DNA of 64,000 nucleotides, taken from contig NMRA01000253.1 in NCBI GenBank assembly GCA_002633005.1, forward strand, positions 197,251 through 261,250, in the 5' to 3' direction. This document shows, in pieces, positions 63,417 to 64,000 of the stretch. Within the stretch, counting starts at the first letter, position 1, and every line of letters starts with the position of its first letter. The notes under the pieces were generated by a model. It saw nothing but the letters and a program-made list of their open reading frames with translations, did no database searches and had not been told where the DNA came from. Made by a program: the position numbers and the translations under genes. The DNA comes from Phoronis australis. Taxonomy: Eukaryota; Animalia; Phoronida.

Positions 63417-64000
63417 ACGCCCTTGCTGACACCATAGTCATTTGGTTAAGAAGAATATAAATTTGCTGTAATTGTTTTTACGCGACGTGCTGACTTCGAT
63501 CGTATTAAGTCGTGTATCCGGAACACCTCGGACATTTGCGTTATCACTGCTTTATCATATGTCAACATCAGGACCCGGGGACTAATCTTTGTACTCGAAA
63601 TCGAACTGGAAACTATTTTTGACATTTTCTGTTCTACATTTGTGCGAACTCGAGGCAAATGTGTGTTATTCTGTGCTCAAGTACATTACGTTTGCCCTTG
63701 GTGAACCCAGCATCAACGCCATAAGTTCAAGTCTGAACTCGAAACTCCGAATATTTACTCGAAGTCTAAGATTTTTATTCGCATTTGTAGTTAGAAAGCT
63801 CAAGAATCATCACTTGGGAACTTGGACTAGATACTCGTCCACGTGAATCATAAGACACTCGAGCCGAGAAAAACTGAAACTTATCGTAATTTTGCACAAA
63901 AATAAAACGGAAAATGTCAGAAAACTTGTAGTTCGACTTTCGGTACTGTTATGAATAACTTGTGATATTTTAGTATGGCTTGTGAGTATTAAGTATAGCA

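Overview
Intron-rich, AT-rich eukaryotic DNA, most likely from a marine invertebrate (taxon is inference only); there is no prokaryotic content. Four spliced genes were reconstructed by hand from GT-AG boundaries and reading frame. (1) The 3' ~16 coding exons of protein O-mannosyltransferase 1 (POMT1, + strand, 1952-18035). (2, 3) Two tandem, paralogous minus-strand genes for secreted proteins that I cannot assign to a named family: gene A (22795-30290, ~520 aa) and gene B (32673-47491, ~834 aa). Both are built from phase-1, one-domain-per-exon modules of two kinds. One is a cysteine-rearranged CBM14/peritrophin-A-like chitin-binding domain (9 copies, subtypes X and Y). The other is an unrecognised 6-Cys, probably helical and mostly cationic domain, CxxxC-x11/14-C-x5-C-x11/15-CxxxC (9 copies), separated by acidic linkers. 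The array shows recent growth: a 600-bp duplication with a chimeric exon, and a dead half-exon. Gene A has kB/GATA/ISRE-like motifs upstream. (4) A small Shisa-like single-pass membrane protein (+, 55859-63416). Introns and intergenic DNA hold many short non-autonomous DNA transposons (MITEs), tandem repeats and an excess of the palindrome TACATGTA. The A/B locus is the candidate undescribed system: a modular, exon-shuffled, putatively chitin-targeted effector or matrix protein family.
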